DNA from: Sminthopsis crassicaudata
Taxonomy: Eukaryota
Direction of reading: 5' to 3'
NCBI RefSeq assembly: GCF_048593235.1
Contig: NC_133619.1
Location: forward strand, 293,522,454-293,586,453
Length of the DNA stretch: 64,000 nt
Below, one piece after another: positions 1 to 14,894 of the stretch (within the stretch, counting starts at the first letter, position 1; each line of letters starts with the position of its first letter). Both the position numbers and the translations under genes were made by a program. The notes beneath the pieces are model-generated. The model was not told the DNA's origin and ran no database searches. It saw nothing but the letters and a program-made list of their open reading frames with translations.

Positions 1-1914
1 TGACATAAATACTACAAATTTCACAAATGTAATTATTAGAATAAAACGTATATTTTAGAATATACTTGCAGAGGCACTGTACATATCTGAGAATTCATTA
101 AGAGGCATAGTCAATCTTTTTTCCACACTCTTCAATGTGCATATGCAGTAATCTGTACCCTTCACAGAGTATCTACTTTACAGAGATACCAGGTGCAGTA
201 AGTACAGTGCCCTTTCTAGAATGAACCAATTGTTGGAATCCTTTTTTGCTACTAAATAAAAAGCAAACTTGAATGAACAGGGCACTTCCATAATGAAATG
301 AAAAATAAATTTAAAACCCCTAACTCACCTGATTTTGGATATTGCTTTATTTTGTATATGAATCTGAAATAGGGTGATAACCTAAAAAGTCATTCTATAC
401 TTACAAAACTCATTTGGGGTTACAAGTAATTTTTTCAAGAATTTTAAACATGAAAATATCTTATATATATATATATATTTGTGTGGCATTAACTTTTGAT
501 TCAGTGACCAAAAATAAACAAAATTTGAATTCTTTAATAAAATAAGCTAATTCAGAAAGATGGTTGAAAACAATAAATAGAGGTAAACTGAATTTACTGA
601 ACTATTAACAATGCAGACACTAACTATTCAAGAAATGAGAAGAAATCTTTAAGTGGAATATCAAATGCTAAAGAAAGGAAATGTGACTTCATTAGTGTAG
701 AAGTGATTAAGAGCCAGTGTTAAAAAAAAAAAAAAAAGTCAATGTATGTCCCTATTTCCAGTTCTCCCAAAACATGTAGTTTCATTTTTAGTCACTATTT
801 TTATCATATCTACATATCTTCAAATTCTGATGTTACTATCTGCCCTTGTCATTAATCATCTAATAGTTGCTCTATGTATGTGAAGACATAAGTGGAAAAA
901 AAAAAAAACCTATCCTATTTACCAAAATCTTTATTTGCATAATATGAAAATTGTTTTCCGAGATGTGACTTGTCAGCGCAAATATGCAAAGCACATTAAG
1001 GGCCTGAGCTAGTCAGACATTTATGGAAACATTTTCCTGCAGGAATTGGCTCAGTGTAACAGTTCTTAATCAAGAGTAACACTAGGAGGGAGACAGAGTC
1101 AAGTGTTGATTCATGTCCACGTACTTAAGTCATCTGTTAATGTACATTATCAACAACATGTGGGGAATATTAGTAAAATATGTTTAAATTTTTTTAAAAA
1201 GTTCTGAAATATTTTTAAAAAATTTGTATCCATTATAAAAAATCAATCTCATTATCAAATGATGTATTTTGTTACCATATATATATAACTAAAAACACCT
1301 ACTCCTTAAAACATTTTTTTTTATTCATGACATCTTTCCAGAAATGCAGATAAATGATGCTCAATTTGTTTTGGTCATGATTTTTTCCCCCTTTCTGAGT
1401 CATCAGCTTTCATGGTTAACTTCCAAACAACAAAAACCAAACAACATTACTTAAAGGCTAGGAAATTTTTTTGTTTTGTTGTTTTTTTAAATAAACGAAT
1501 CATCTTCTAGTCTAGACCCTCAACAGAGCTGGAAACATTAATGCAATGGAAACCAGAATAGTCTATTGCCTTGTTAGCAAAAAAGTCAACAAAAAGGGTA
1601 ACAATTTTCTTTCCAAAGACCTACCTGAGAAGTCAGCTTTTCTTGTTACATGTTTGGGATGGATAGCATCACTATTTCAACTAGCCAATGCCCACATAGT
1701 TTTCTTTGCATATTAACACTTGTGTTATGTCTTGTGTTTGTCAATTTTTTTCATTAATATAATTGACAACCGTATAAATAAAATAAAAAGAAAATAAATT
1801 GTTTTAAGGAACTTACATTAATCTGGAATAAAAAACAATTTACCTTACAGTGAACTTCGGGTTGTAATAGGTACTTTTCTTATGGTATTGGAGAAGGGAA
1901 AAAGGCTAACAGTT

Positions 1915-2156
1915 CATATAGGGCCTGTTATGTACCAGGCATCACACGAAGTGCTTTCTACAAATATTATATCATTTAATCCTCACGATAACCCTGGAAG
2001 GTAATATAACTGTCTCCAATTCACAGTGGAGGAAACTAAGGCAAAAAGAGGTTAAGTGACTTGCCCTCCTTTAGACAAAGGTCTGAGGTTTCATTTAAAC
2101 TCAGGCTTCCCTTTTGCCATGCCCAGTAATATGTTCACTATACCATCAGGTGCCTC
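1915..2156 (-). mobile_element. MIR-family SINE
   Basis: tcatttaatcctcacgataaccctg...ggaaactaaggc...ggttaagtgacttgccc. Confidence 0.75.
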
Positions 2157-2364
2157 AAGGACTAGACCCATCATACCAAAATCATAGCAACAAACCAGAA
2201 AATCCTGTTTAGAACATTGTAATGAAGTTTAAATGAAAAAGTGTTACATTGAACAGGGTTATTTATAAAATAACTAGACCAGACTATTAGTACAATAGCT
2301 ATCAATGTATTCTGATGCCGAACCAATAGATCCCTAAGCTACATTTAGGAAGACCAATTAGTTA

Positions 2365-2538
<174 letters not shown>

Positions 2539-3744
2539 TTAAATAAAAAAGGAAGAAACATTCCCAATAATTTAAAAAAAATTTTCACAAAGATACATGA
2601 ACACAGAGAAAATGTTATCAATAAAATAATTATGTACCATTAAGTATCTATCAACTGAGAAATTGTCATAGCATGCCTAATGATCATATCTTCATGTTAT
2701 TTCTTTGATCTAATAGACAAGTCAATCTAATAGAAATGAAATATATTCATTTCTAAGGTTTAATATAATTGAAAATAAAAATCTAAGTAAACTAAGAACT
2801 GAAACATATAGAATATTACAAAGTCTTCAAGTTAAATAATAACTTTCTGCAATTATCTCCTCCTAAATTAACAGAATCAATGAAATTAGTCATTAATAAT
2901 TATTGAGACAAGCTGGGTTACATAGAATATAGTTGTTTTCCTATTGTCCAATGTCTCTCCATCTCATATCTTTCAGTCTTTTAAATCATTAAGTTTGTTT
3001 TTTTAAGGTCCCACCACATGCTATGCATTGTGCTAAGCAATAAGGATAGAGACAAGAAATATGCTTCTTGAAATCACTGATTCAAGAAACATTTCTTGAC
3101 CATCTACTATATGCAAAATGCTAAGCAGCATTATGGGGAGCATAAATTTTTGCTTTAGTATCCAAAATTTAAACTTGTATCACTGTGGATGACTAAACCT
3201 ATTCTGTAACATGAGGGAGCCATTATCACGTATCTATTTACTTATCAAATCCTGCCTTTGTCTTCAATTCCTACCCAGCTATATTCCTTTGGACTGGACT
3301 CTATTATGTTCTAGCTCCCCAGGAACCATTTTATAATCAGGAAATTCATCATTAGATTTCATCAATCTTAGTACTCATACCTCATCAAAGTTCTCAGTAC
3401 TCTTTGTCCCTCTGAGTTAGAGGGACAGCCTCCACTTAAAGAAGGTCCTCAGATAAGTTATTTCTTCACTTCCCAACTGGATATTTTTCCTTTAGGTTGG
3501 ATTCCATCAAGATCATACAGTGGCCCTGCTTGGTACCTTCCATGCTTCCCATTCCATTTTTTCTTTTGTATATTTTCCTCCTCTATCAAACAGTCAGCTC
3601 TTTGAAGGCAAACAGTTTTTCTTTTTGTATTCAAATCCCAAGCAAGTAGCATAGTGGCATGGGATAAAGCAGGTGCTTAAAAAATGTTTAATGACTTAAA
3701 GATTGATTTCTATTGCCACAGTATCTCTTCATCCAACCCTCTTC

Positions 3745-3746
<2 letters not shown>

Positions 3747-3788
<42 letters not shown>
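3747..3788. repeat. (GT)21 microsatellite
   Basis: Read directly. Confidence 0.98.
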
Positions 3789-3791
<3 letters not shown>

Positions 3792-3920
3792 GCTAAGGTA
3801 ATGGAGGTTAAGTGACTTGCCCAGGTCACACAGTTAGGAAGTGTTAAGTGTCTGAGACCACATTTGAACTCAGGTCCTCCTGACTTCAGGGTGGGTGCTC
3901 TATTGTGCCACCTAGCTGCC
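3789..3920 (-). mobile_element. WSINE1 SINE with (AC)n-expanded tail
   Basis: tRNA-like head and CORE (aagtgacttgcccaggtcacacagttaggaagtgttaagtgtctgag); TSD core atccaaccc at 3731 and 3924 encloses the (GT)n. Confidence 0.88.
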
Positions 3921-4399
3921 TCTATCCAACCCCTTTTGTTTCTTCTACTTCCACATCTACCACTATACTTCAGGTATTCATCAATTCTCACCTAGACTAC
4001 TGCAATAATCTCATAAACCCTTCTTTCCTCAGGAGTCTTTCCACTCTAGTGAATCTTTCACACTATTGATTCTTTAAATATAGATATGACTTTTTCATTC
4101 TGCTCAATAAATTCCTATAGCTCACCTTTGCCCCTAGAATAAAATACATACTTCTCTGTTTAGCTTTCAGAAGCCCTTTATTACTTGGCCACAACCTTTC
4201 TTTGCAAAGTCAAGGGACAACTCTTTTCTTGAATAAACAATTCCTGGACTTCCTCTTACATGACTTTCACATCTCCATGCTTTTATATTAGCTATGTTCT
4301 ATATGTGAAATGCAAATCCTTCTTCCCTCTTTGTCAAACTTATGGGATTTCTACATGAAGATTTTCCTGATTTCTTGTCAATTGGTAAGACCCCCCATC

Positions 4400-5670
4400 C
4401 CAAACTATACCTTTGATTACTTGAAACTGAAAAGCTTCTGCACAAACAAAATTAATGCATCTAGGATAAAAAAGAAAGTGATCGAACAGGGGAAAAAAAA
4501 ATTCCTTGTACCAATAGTCTACGTAATAAAGGATATGGTATCCAGAATATATAATACATGCAGATACACACAGATAAGTTACATATAAAAACAGTGAATC
4601 TATGAATAAAGGCCATTCCCCAATAGAGTATGATTAAAGGTTATAAATAATTTACAAAATAACTCCAATGTATTCACAACCATGTTTATAAAATGCTGTA
4701 AAGCAAAATAAAATAAAATAAAATAAAATAAAGATAAATACAAATCAAAACAGCCCTAAGGCTTCAACTTCTACCATGCTGACAAAAATGAACCCATATG
4801 GAAAATGTTGGAGGGGTTGTAGAATGATAAGCACACTTATACATTACTGGTGGAGCTGTGAAATGGTATAAACCATTTTGGAAAGTATTTAAAATTTTAC
4901 AAATAGCATGTAAAATGTCCATGACCTTTGAACTACACTCCATTATAGGGCTTGTAACACAAGGAAAGCCTCATTAAGAAAGCATGTTCTAAAATATTTA
5001 TAGTGGCTTTTCTTTCTTTTCTTTTTTTTTGCTGAGGCAATTGGGGTTAAGTGACTTGCCCAGGGTCACACAGCTAGAAAGTTTTAAGTGTCTGAGGCCA
5101 CATTTGAACTTAAGTCTTCCTGAGCTCAGGACCAGCACTCTATCTACTGTGCTATTTAGCTGTCGCATAGCAGCATTTTTTTAAAAAGGAGGTAACTGAA
5201 GTTAAGTGATTTGCTCAGGAGATACCAGCATTTTTTGAGATAGGTAAGAATTAACCACAAAGTAGATGCCCAACAAATAAATCAAAGAATGGCTAACAAA
5301 TTATATATGGTACATGAATGTAATGGAAAATTACTGTGCTGTAAGAAATGATTTGTGAAGAATATAAAGAAATGTGAAAAGATCTATATGAATTGATGCA
5401 CAGTGAAGTAAATAGAACCAAGAAGCCAATATATTCAGTAACCATAACAATGTAACTGAAAAGAACTACATAGGAAAAATCAAAACTAAATGTAACACAA
5501 TTAGAAAGATTGAGTAGGAAGCAAAAAGAGAAGAGAGGACATCTCAGACCATTTCATGAATGTGGGAAATCCATATATTTTGAGACTTTTTCAATGTATT
5601 GATCAAATACTGCTATATTTTTTCCTCTTTAAAATTTTACCTATCATGATTAAAAAAAAAAAAAAAAAAA
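4400..5670 (+). mobile_element. LINE-1 3' fragment (ORF2 C-terminus, 3' UTR, poly-A), interrupted by SINEs
   Basis: ORF 4310..4588 includes FDYLKLKSFCTNK, an L1 ORF2 motif; poly-A at 5652-5670. Confidence 0.85.
5011..5164 (-). mobile_element. WSINE1 SINE inserted in L1
   Basis: gctgaggcaattggggttaagtgacttgcccagggtcacacagctag...; T-rich tail. A truncated SINE piece with TSD cagcatttttt follows at ~5181-5226. Confidence 0.85.
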
Positions 5671-5699
5671 CAGAAGATGCCATTAAAATATTTTTTTAA

Positions 5700-8620
5700 A
5701 AAAGTCTACCATCTCTCCTATCTACAGCATTCAATTTCCATTCCTCCCTCTGTGATTCCTTTCTCTGTACTGTTTCATCTTAAGTCTCCTAGCACTCTAA
5801 AAGTAAGGAAGAAGATGAAAGTTTCTTATCCATCTTTCTCTTTAGATTTGACAGTCTTTTCTTGAATCTGTCCCTATTTTTTTTCTCCATGATTCTCTGT
5901 AAAAGTTGTTCTATACTAACTTAAAACCTAAAATATTGGATTTATAGTAGAGAAAATGGGATAATTTCTTTCCTTCAATTATCAATTCATTTCTTTTATA
6001 TACTTCATCTTGATTTTTATACATACACATATATATATGTGTACATATCCTAAATTTATTTTTCATTGAACTAAATACAAAATAAGAAAAAATTAAAAAT
6101 AAAAGCAAAATTAAAAAATAAGATAACACATATAATAAAAGAAGAGATTATATTCATGAGTCCATCTTTGCTTTCATCCTCCCCTACCTCCCACAAACAG
6201 GCTGCAGTTAAGCACAGATATATATATCTATCTATACATTCACACCACACCCACACAAGTACATATAACTATATATACATACATATCCACATATACTGAG
6301 GCACAGATATGCATTTACCACTCAAAAATAATATTAATATGGCTGACATATAATGTAGCTTTCTCTCTTTATTGAATATTTTAAGTTTTACTTGTCTGAA
6401 ATCAATTATTAACTGTTTTTTCCTAATAAATTCTATTCCTGATACTTGTGGTAGTATTATCTAGTTTTCTATCTCTCCTATTTCTGCTAACTCTTCTATT
6501 TTAATCCTGCACCTTAACTATCCTTTTAACACGCTCCCCACCCCACCCCCACTCTCCTATGGATCCCCTCCCTTATCTTTTCTCCCTCTCCTTTTCCTAT
6601 AGCCCTACACACCTTATCCCATTACCATAACTATACATGCCCTTATAGACCCACCTTAATCCTTTATCCCTTGCCTATTAATTTACACATCTTTGTCCAA
6701 CTGCTATAAATTTACATATAATCCCACCTTCTCCTATTCATTCCTCTCTTATTTTTTTTCTTAGATTTCAGAGATTCTATCCCCTTCATGGTATGTGTAG
6801 ATGTATTGTGTGTTTTTTTAAATCATATGTAAATTTTTCATTTGATTTCTTGTATATACACACACGTGTATATATGTATACATATTCACACACTAATCCT
6901 ATGGTTTTCTATGTAAAGTTTTTCATTTGATTCCTGATAGGAGTAGGTTTTCAGAACTATAAGCCCTCTTCCCCACTTTAATGCCTCTGTGTCAGTTCTT
7001 CCATTGCACCTCATTTGTATAACAATTACTATTTTTACTTTCTCTGAGAGTTTTCTTTAGAATCATGTCATACTCAAACTCTGTCACAATCTTTCCTTTT
7101 GAGCTATCCAATTACTGATATCAATTTTAAATACATGGTATATATTTCTATGTAAAGAACAATTTGTCTATGTGGAGTTCCTTGAAATTAATTTTTGGTG
7201 TAGGCTCTTACATATGAAATTTCCTACTAAGTTTGGATTTGGTTGAGATAAAGTCCTGAATATCTGGAAGCTTTTTAATGTCCTTTTTTTGTTGTTGTTC
7301 AATATTATAGACAATTTTGCTGGATATGATAGTTTTGGCTGCAGGTTTAGTTCTTTTGATTGCCAATATATATAATTTATTACAGCTGCTTAAAAATCTT
7401 GTAAAATTCTTATTATAACTCCAGTATATTTGAATTGTTTTGTTTAGTTTGTTTCTTGCAAAGTTTTCTCATTGATCTCAGGACTTTGAAATTTGGCAGT
7501 AAACAATAGGTATCTACTGTTTTCCATAAAAGATGGAAGTGGGGCTCAGTGGATTTTTTCTATTTCTACTTTCCCCTCATGTTGTACTCCAGTACAATTT
7601 TCTTGTATTATTTTGCATTATTTTGTCTAGGTTTTTTTGGTGGGGTCATAGGCAGTCTAATTATTCTTATATTTTCTCTTCTTGATCTGTTTTCCAGATC
7701 TGCTGTTTTTCTTATGCTTCACATTTTGTTCTATTTTTTCATTCTGTATATTTTGTTTTGTTATTTCTTGGTCTTTTATACTTTCACTGGCTTTCCTTTG
7801 CCCAATCCCAATTTTCAAAGAATTATTTTCTTCTTTAAGTTTCTGTATCTCCTTTTCTAGGTGGTTAACCTTTCTTTTTCTTTATCTTGCTTTTCTTTGT
7901 CTGTTTGTTTGTTTTTAATTTTTTTCCTCAATCTCTCTCCTTTGATGTTTAAAGTTTTTTTTTTTTTTTTGAGTTCTTTAAATTCTTTCTCGATAGGGAG
8001 TCATTTCCCATTACTATCTGGAGTGGAAGAGACCTTTTTTTTTTTTTTTTTTTTTAACTTCCTTATCATGCTCTGTAGATGAACCCAAGTCTTTCCTATT
8101 CCCACAGTAACTTGCTATAATTGGGTTCTTTTTCCTTTGTCAGCTCATTTTTTTTATTTTTAATGAAAATTAACCATCTTTAATTCTGAGGAAGGAAGGA
8201 AAGGTGCCTCTAGCTTCACTTTAGCTCTCCCTGGAACCCCAAATCAAGAGCTCCTCCTGTAAGTGCTGGCAGCCAACAGCATCCCTGCCTCATTGTCTCT
8301 GTACTCATTGGCTGTGCTGGTTCCTTCTCTCCCAGGGCCATGTTCCAGCAATACAGCTGGATCTGGCATGCTTGATGAGCTGAGGTTCCTCAGTCTCCCA
8401 GGACTCGGTCCCTGTGATTCATTGCTGAGGATCCAGCAGAACCCAGCTAGCCCCAGGATTCCCCACCTGTTGTTTCCATACAGCTAGTGTGGAAGTATTA
8501 ATACTTCATATCACTTAATCCCTAGTCTGGGATCTTTCTTTGGTTTTCTTGGTTCTGCTCCAACTCTTTGTGTTGCACAAGTTTATGTATACCCTGAGAT
8601 GCAAATTTGTTTGTGAAGGA
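5700..8620 (-). mobile_element. Degenerate L1-derived element with 5' UTR and ORF1 but no intact ORF2 (HAL1-like); boundaries approximate
   Basis: Minus strand translates to DLENRSRRENIRII, AKFQSPE and LQPKLSYPAKLSI (L1 ORF1). GC-richer 5' UTR at ~8200-8600; only endonuclease-like traces downstream. Confidence 0.75.
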
Positions 8621-9039
8621 AATTTGAAGAAATGAAAATTTTCTGTCCTGTTCCCAGAATTCTTCCTCATTTAAATCCTTTTATTGGTTGATGTTCTTCT
8701 TGCATCTCTCAGACAATAACACACTATTTTGCATATGTATCAAATCAAATAAAATAACTTTCCTATCCCATAACCATGGTTTTGTCTATCCTTAGTCTTA
8801 TGAAAATAAACATTTTGTTGTTATCTGAAAGTGTTTAAAATTTCCTTCTCTTTTGTCCATATTGAAAACCCTATTCACCTCTTGGTTTTTTTTGTTTGTT
8901 TGTTTGGTTTTTTATTTTTAAAGAATGACTCATATTCTCTTTTGTAGAATGGCCAGTTATTTTCTGTGACACTGGCTCAGCTTTGCCAACTGTTTTAAAC
9001 ATGTCAAATGATCTTTGGGATTTTTTGCTTTTTTGGGGT

Positions 9040-9398
9040 TTGTATATTTGTTTTTGAAAACCACAAGTCATTTCTTGTATATACAATGTATATGTATGTA
9101 TATATATTTACATACACATACTCATAAACTAATCCTGTGATCTTGGAATATGAAAGGTTTTTCCTTTGATTCTTGAAAAGTTTTTGTTATTAAAACTGTA
9201 AAATCTTATTACAATGTTTCTTGGTGAATTAAGCAAGGAATTTCATTCTATTAGTATTCTATAGATTCCCTTTTGCTGTATTTTGTCATTTGCTTCTAAT
9301 ATTTCTGGGACATTTATCTGTATGATTTTTAGAAATTTGGTATTATATTTATAGAGGTTTTATTTGATTTGTATGTTCTTATGTGGCAATAAAATGTA

Positions 9399-9463
<65 letters not shown>

Positions 9464-9960
9464 TACACACACACATATATAAAACACGCATTACTTTTTT
9501 TCCCTTTTCTCTTGTGACTCTTCTTGTTCTGATTTTTCTCTCCCCACATGACTCATAAGAAAATGTTTTTTAAAAAATGAATGTACATGTATAACCAAAA
9601 ATAAAGATAAAAAAATAATCTATTCACCCCCCCCCCCACAAAAATATAATGCTCTTCTGGAAAAACTAGTCTCTTAAATTGCCTCTTCTTAGTCAAGCAT
9701 TCTTGTTTAATGGAATTTTTTTTTTGTTCAATTCATTTTTCTTTTGTCTGTGCAACTTTGTGTTTTAATTCTGATCTTTTTCAGTAAACCTACTAATCTG
9801 AATAGTCTCAATATTTTGTTCTAAATCTTTTAGTCTCATTAAATTTCATTTCCTTCTTGAGTTACAATTTTTATTATAATAAAAATATTTTTGCTTAAAT
9901 CTTTGATTGGCTTTCTGAACCATTCTAAGTCACAGAATTACCTGAATGTCATATAAGAGG
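9040..9960 (-). mobile_element. Second, more decayed fragment related to the HAL1/L1 element at 5700-8620
   Basis: 9070-9180 resembles 6840-6950 (atttcttgtatata...ctaatcct...aaagtttttc.tttgattc). Confidence 0.5.
9404..9458. repeat. (TA)n microsatellite
   Basis: Read directly. Confidence 0.98.
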
Positions 9961-11849
9961 GCTTTGAAAAATGTTTTAAAATGCTTTAATTGTACTATTT
10001 TTCCCCCTCAGAAAACTAGCATTGGATGAAATCATACTCTCAAGGGGTCTAATGGGAACAATGACGCAGAAAAATAGGAAGAGAATACTACAGTTCTACA
10101 GAATAATATTGGATACTATACTATTATCAACTCTTTCAAATCCGATTCTTTCAAGTCCTATTCTTTTTGGGACTCTACTCTGTTCTCTCTGAAAACTAAC
10201 TTTATTCATACTCTCATCTTACCCTAAGAGAGTGTCAAAAAGGTATTAGAAAAAAGTATTAAGACTCAAGGACCCTGCTGAAAGTAAACATTAATAAAGA
10301 TGTCTGGTTTTCATTCTCTACTTTTTCTGAATGATTTTAATTTACATAGTATTGTTTATAATCAGCACCACACTTGCTGAAACCTTCACCCTTGATGAAC
10401 TTCTAGGCTCCTTAAAAAAATAAAAAATAAAAAAAAATTATAATCCTTTGTTCTTTTTTGTTTCATTCATGGTCCTCAGCCCTTTGTATGTATGGTCCAC
10501 AAAGGATACTTCCAAGTGGTTAACTCCATAAGGCAATACATAAAATTGGAATATCCACAAAGCCTATAAAAGCCAACTTTGATCATATAGATATTGCCCA
10601 AAAACACTAGTTATAAATAGACAAATTAACCAAGTTTTCAAGTACTTTTTCTGTAAAACATTACATTAAGGTAGATTCTTCCAATGCTCCTCTTCTCATC
10701 AATAATAATTTCGTGAAACTTAGGTGGCAATCTTTTCCCCATTTATTTGACATGGAGAGAGGATAGATGAAATCTATCTCACTATACCTTCCTATGATCT
10801 TCCCAGGGTTATAGATTATATATTCTTACTGAACTTTGACCTATTTTCAAACTGTGTTGATAGAGTCCTAAGAGTTTTAAATTTTTATGATTTATTGGAA
10901 TACGGATTTTTTAGCTAATCATAACACTTCAATGCTCAAAAACCCTTTAATCCTTACCAAATAAAATTTAAATTTTTCCTTATCTTGATATTCAAATACT
11001 TCTATTATCTAAATTCAACCAATCCTTCTAACCTTATTTCACATTAATGCTCTAAACAATTTGGATTTTATCCTTACATCTACCACACCTTGCCCACCCA
11101 CAAAAAAAAAAAAAAAAAAAAGTCCTGATTGCTTAGATTATTATCTTTCCCTACACCAATTATAACACAATAAAATCCTATTCATTCTTCAAAGCACAAG
11201 TCTAACGTCACCTCCTCCATAAAGGCTTTCTTTACTAATGTTGCATATCACCCCAAGTCAAAAGTGATGACTTCTTATGACTTCTCATTCTGCAGTTACT
11301 CTATTAGGTACTGGGTATATTCTAATTTCAATTACAATGATATGTCTACTTATTTTACCTTGCTTCGATGATCTTATGTAGAAGCAAATCTTACATTTAT
11401 ATATCTTCTATTACAAAGTAGTTTTACACAGAACACTACAGTTGATAAAACATTCTTTAAACAATGAATGTTGGTGTTAAAAACATAATTTGATATTACT
11501 TCAAGGTGAAGAATAAAAGAATGATGTTATATGAGTTGCTTTGGGCAAATCTTAGATTCTTCATGGGAACTTTATTATATAATAAACATCATAAGAAAGA
11601 TGTAATCAAACATTTTCCCTTTATATACAATAATTTGCAAAAAATACTTTCACTTTTCAGAAGCATGTGAAAAGAACATTAACTTTCAAGTCTCAGCAAA
11701 AATGCTAGCCTAGGAATTGGGAGATTTAGATTCTAATTAGCTATGTGACCCCTGATAAGTCTCTTTGACTTCCTCTACCTTAGTTTTCACATCTATAATA
11801 TGAAAAAGATAATCCTCCAGTGGATATGTGGACAGAGTAGAAACAAGTA

Positions 11850-12200
11850 GTATTCAAATGATTTGCTATGTAACAGTCATATGAAAAACTGTTCCAAATC
11901 ACTAATAAGAAAAATACAAATGAAAACAACTTGGAGATTTCATCATACAAATTGGGAAAGATGAAAAGAATCAATGGTATAACAGCTAAAAAAGATACAC
12001 TGATATTTTGTTGAAGAATCATTCAACTATGCTAGAATTTAATAAGAAGGTAAATAACATTCTTAGTAAAGGTTCAGAGATTGTATTAAGTATGTATCCC
12101 AAAGAGGGAACACTTTTTTTTAAAAGGTCCTACATAGATAAATATTCATAGTAGCGCCTTTTTTTGATAATAAATGCTCATCAATTAATGAATACATTAA
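11850..12200 (+). mobile_element. Old L1 ORF2 3' fragment
   Basis: catatgaaaaactgttccaaatcactaataagaaaaatacaaatgaaaacaac matches the L1 ORF2 HMKKCSxSLxIREMQIKTT region. Confidence 0.7.
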
Positions 12201-12964
12201 AATATATTTCAGACTCTATTGTTAGTTTTTCTAAAGTGCATTTTTTTCCCTGGTCTATTCCTTGGTTCCAGGAGATTGGTTGCTGATTTGGAAATGTGGA
12301 ATGGATATATCTGTAAATGAAAGTGATATGATTTTTTTTTTTTAAAAATAGGAATAGAGTCTAGGATATTTTCTAACATTAGCTTCTGTGGACTTGGTAA
12401 CCTTTTTCTGTATGCTGGAAACTGATATTACAACTTAATTAAAAAAAACCTTCTGGAAAAAAAAATCTGAACATTGATTACAATGAAAAATAAATCACTT
12501 ATTAGTGGGCTTAGCAGTTTTCTTTTTCTACATTCTGGGACAAGTACAAATATAAGTATTAAAGAGTAAGAAAAACAACAACAATAACAACCATTTATAT
12601 GTCACTTTAATATTTATAAAGGGCTTTGCATAGAGTCTCCTACTCAGTGAAGGATTTACTATTGATATTACTCTCTCCATTTGATGGATAAAGAAATTCA
12701 GGTCAAAAGAATTTCTGTGATTTTTCATTTGCCTTATACTATCCTCAGGCCCATAGATATGGCAACATCAAGGGATTCCAAGGGAAGAGTTACAATGTAA
12801 GACCATCTCAAATACTGTTGTTATTAGGTAATTAAAGTAAAATTAGTAACTCTTATTATTTCCTAGAATTTATATTTACTGTAAAGCCTCAGAGATTCTT
12901 TAAATATTTGGGGATAAAGAGAAACATAATATTAGCTGCTCAATATAATAAAAACTTTATTTAC

Positions 12965-13097
12965 CTTGTTAATTTCAAATTGGCTTATTGGGACACTACC
13001 ATTCATCACACTTTCTCCAATTTCTATTAATCGTTTCTGAATGTTGTCCACAATTGTGTCCCTATTCTGATCAGAAAGAATCTGACCAATGACAAAG
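12965..13097 (-). CDS. POLA1: POLA1 internal exon (133 nt, phase 2/0): (N)[44 protein letters not shown]
   Basis: ttacag|CTTTGTCATTGG...ATTAACAAG|gtaaat. The first C completes the AA-C (Asn) codon from the previous exon. Confidence 0.97.
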
Positions 13098-14675
13098 CTG
13101 TAAAAGAAATGGATATACAGAAAAAGTAAAAACATAGTTCATAGTAAAATAATGGCTAAAAGTGAGATAAGATTCTATTAGCTCATACTATAAATCACTA
13201 GGACCACTTCAATATAAGGTACTAGATAAGTTCACATAAAAAATGATGTTATTATTTGCATTACTTACTGCTAAAGCCTTTAAGAGACACTTTAAATAGT
13301 TCTCAAACTTTTATTTGTCCCTCGCTTCTATTTATTGTTTCTTGCAGTTCATGCTATACCACAACAACTTTAAACTATACTCCACTGGGAAGATAAATAA
13401 AGAAGTCAAGAAAAATGCAGAGTCAGAGTTTTACAGCTGCATTATAATTTTTCAGAAAAAGAACTCTGACAAAAAACATTTGTATAGCTTTAATTAGTAA
13501 TACATTTCTAACTCAGAGAAATTTACTTCTGTTATGATGCATCTTTTCTTAGAAAATACAAAGCTTAAGAAAATAGTTTAATCGAGGAGTAAAATTTATT
13601 ATCTTTCAGTATATTTCATAAAATGCCAATAGTGACCTAAAACTCAGATGACCAATTCTATCTACACTATCAAGAATAATCTATTAATATCAACTATCCA
13701 AATCTCGATGAAAAGTGAATACAATAAACAGACTGAAAAACAAGAAAAAAACCAATATTCCCCCAAATATTTTAAAATAATTAAAAATTATGTACTCAAA
13801 GTTCTGATATTCCAACATTTAGGACTTGAATAACATCTAAAGCAATAATACGTGAAAATAGGTAAGTACCTAAAGTGTCTTTGAAGAAAGCACTTCATGC
13901 TGGGATGTTGTTGTGTGTACATGTGAATAAATGCACGCCCAGGTGCAAGTAACACACATACCTAGTTCTTTTTATTATGTTTCCAAATTTCAAATTTGTC
14001 ATTGCAGTTATTGCAAGCATACTTGTGATATCTTTAAAGTCATAACTGGATTGATATTACTCCAGCATGAAGTTTATAGATAAGCCTTAGGACTACAGTA
14101 TAAATAAAAATTATCTTTCAGTTATCACATAAAAGAATGATATCCAAGGGATTTATGTGAGTTCCACAATGGTGGAAATCTTAAATGAATGGTTTAACTT
14201 AACCTCAAAACTGTTCTGGTTACAAAAGAAGAGCTCTCTTATGGTTAACCCCAATAAGGGGACTAAGTTTCCCAGGGATAAGGGAAACTTTCAAATTCAA
14301 CTTTTCCTGAAATTAAATTCATAAGAAGTATTCATAAGGTAATTCATAAGGAATATTTTAAAAATTTCAAAGATACCAAGGATGTAAAATCTCTCCAATG
14401 CAAGCATTTTATTAACAAAAACTTGATAGATACAATTTACTCTATATATCTTATTATTGGATAAATTTAGTTTAGCATTAATCTTTTTTAAAATAAGCTC
14501 TTATTAACCTAATAATTGTATGTAGACATGTAAACATTTAATAATAGCAACAAATAAGCAGCTGCCCTCACATGTAGGTGTCCTTCACAAAAGTCATTCA
14601 TTAGTCTCTATCAGTATAGCATAAGAAATGCTTCATTGTCTAAAATGACAAAAACAAAACTGAAGAATGAACTCA

Positions 14676-14894
<219 letters not shown>

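Noticed and set aside
4310-4588. 92-aa ORF as a host gene
   Set aside because: It is a decayed L1 ORF2 fragment.
7549-8082. Hydrophobic F/L-rich ORFs resembling membrane proteins
   Set aside because: They are antisense readings of the A-rich L1 ORF1 strand.
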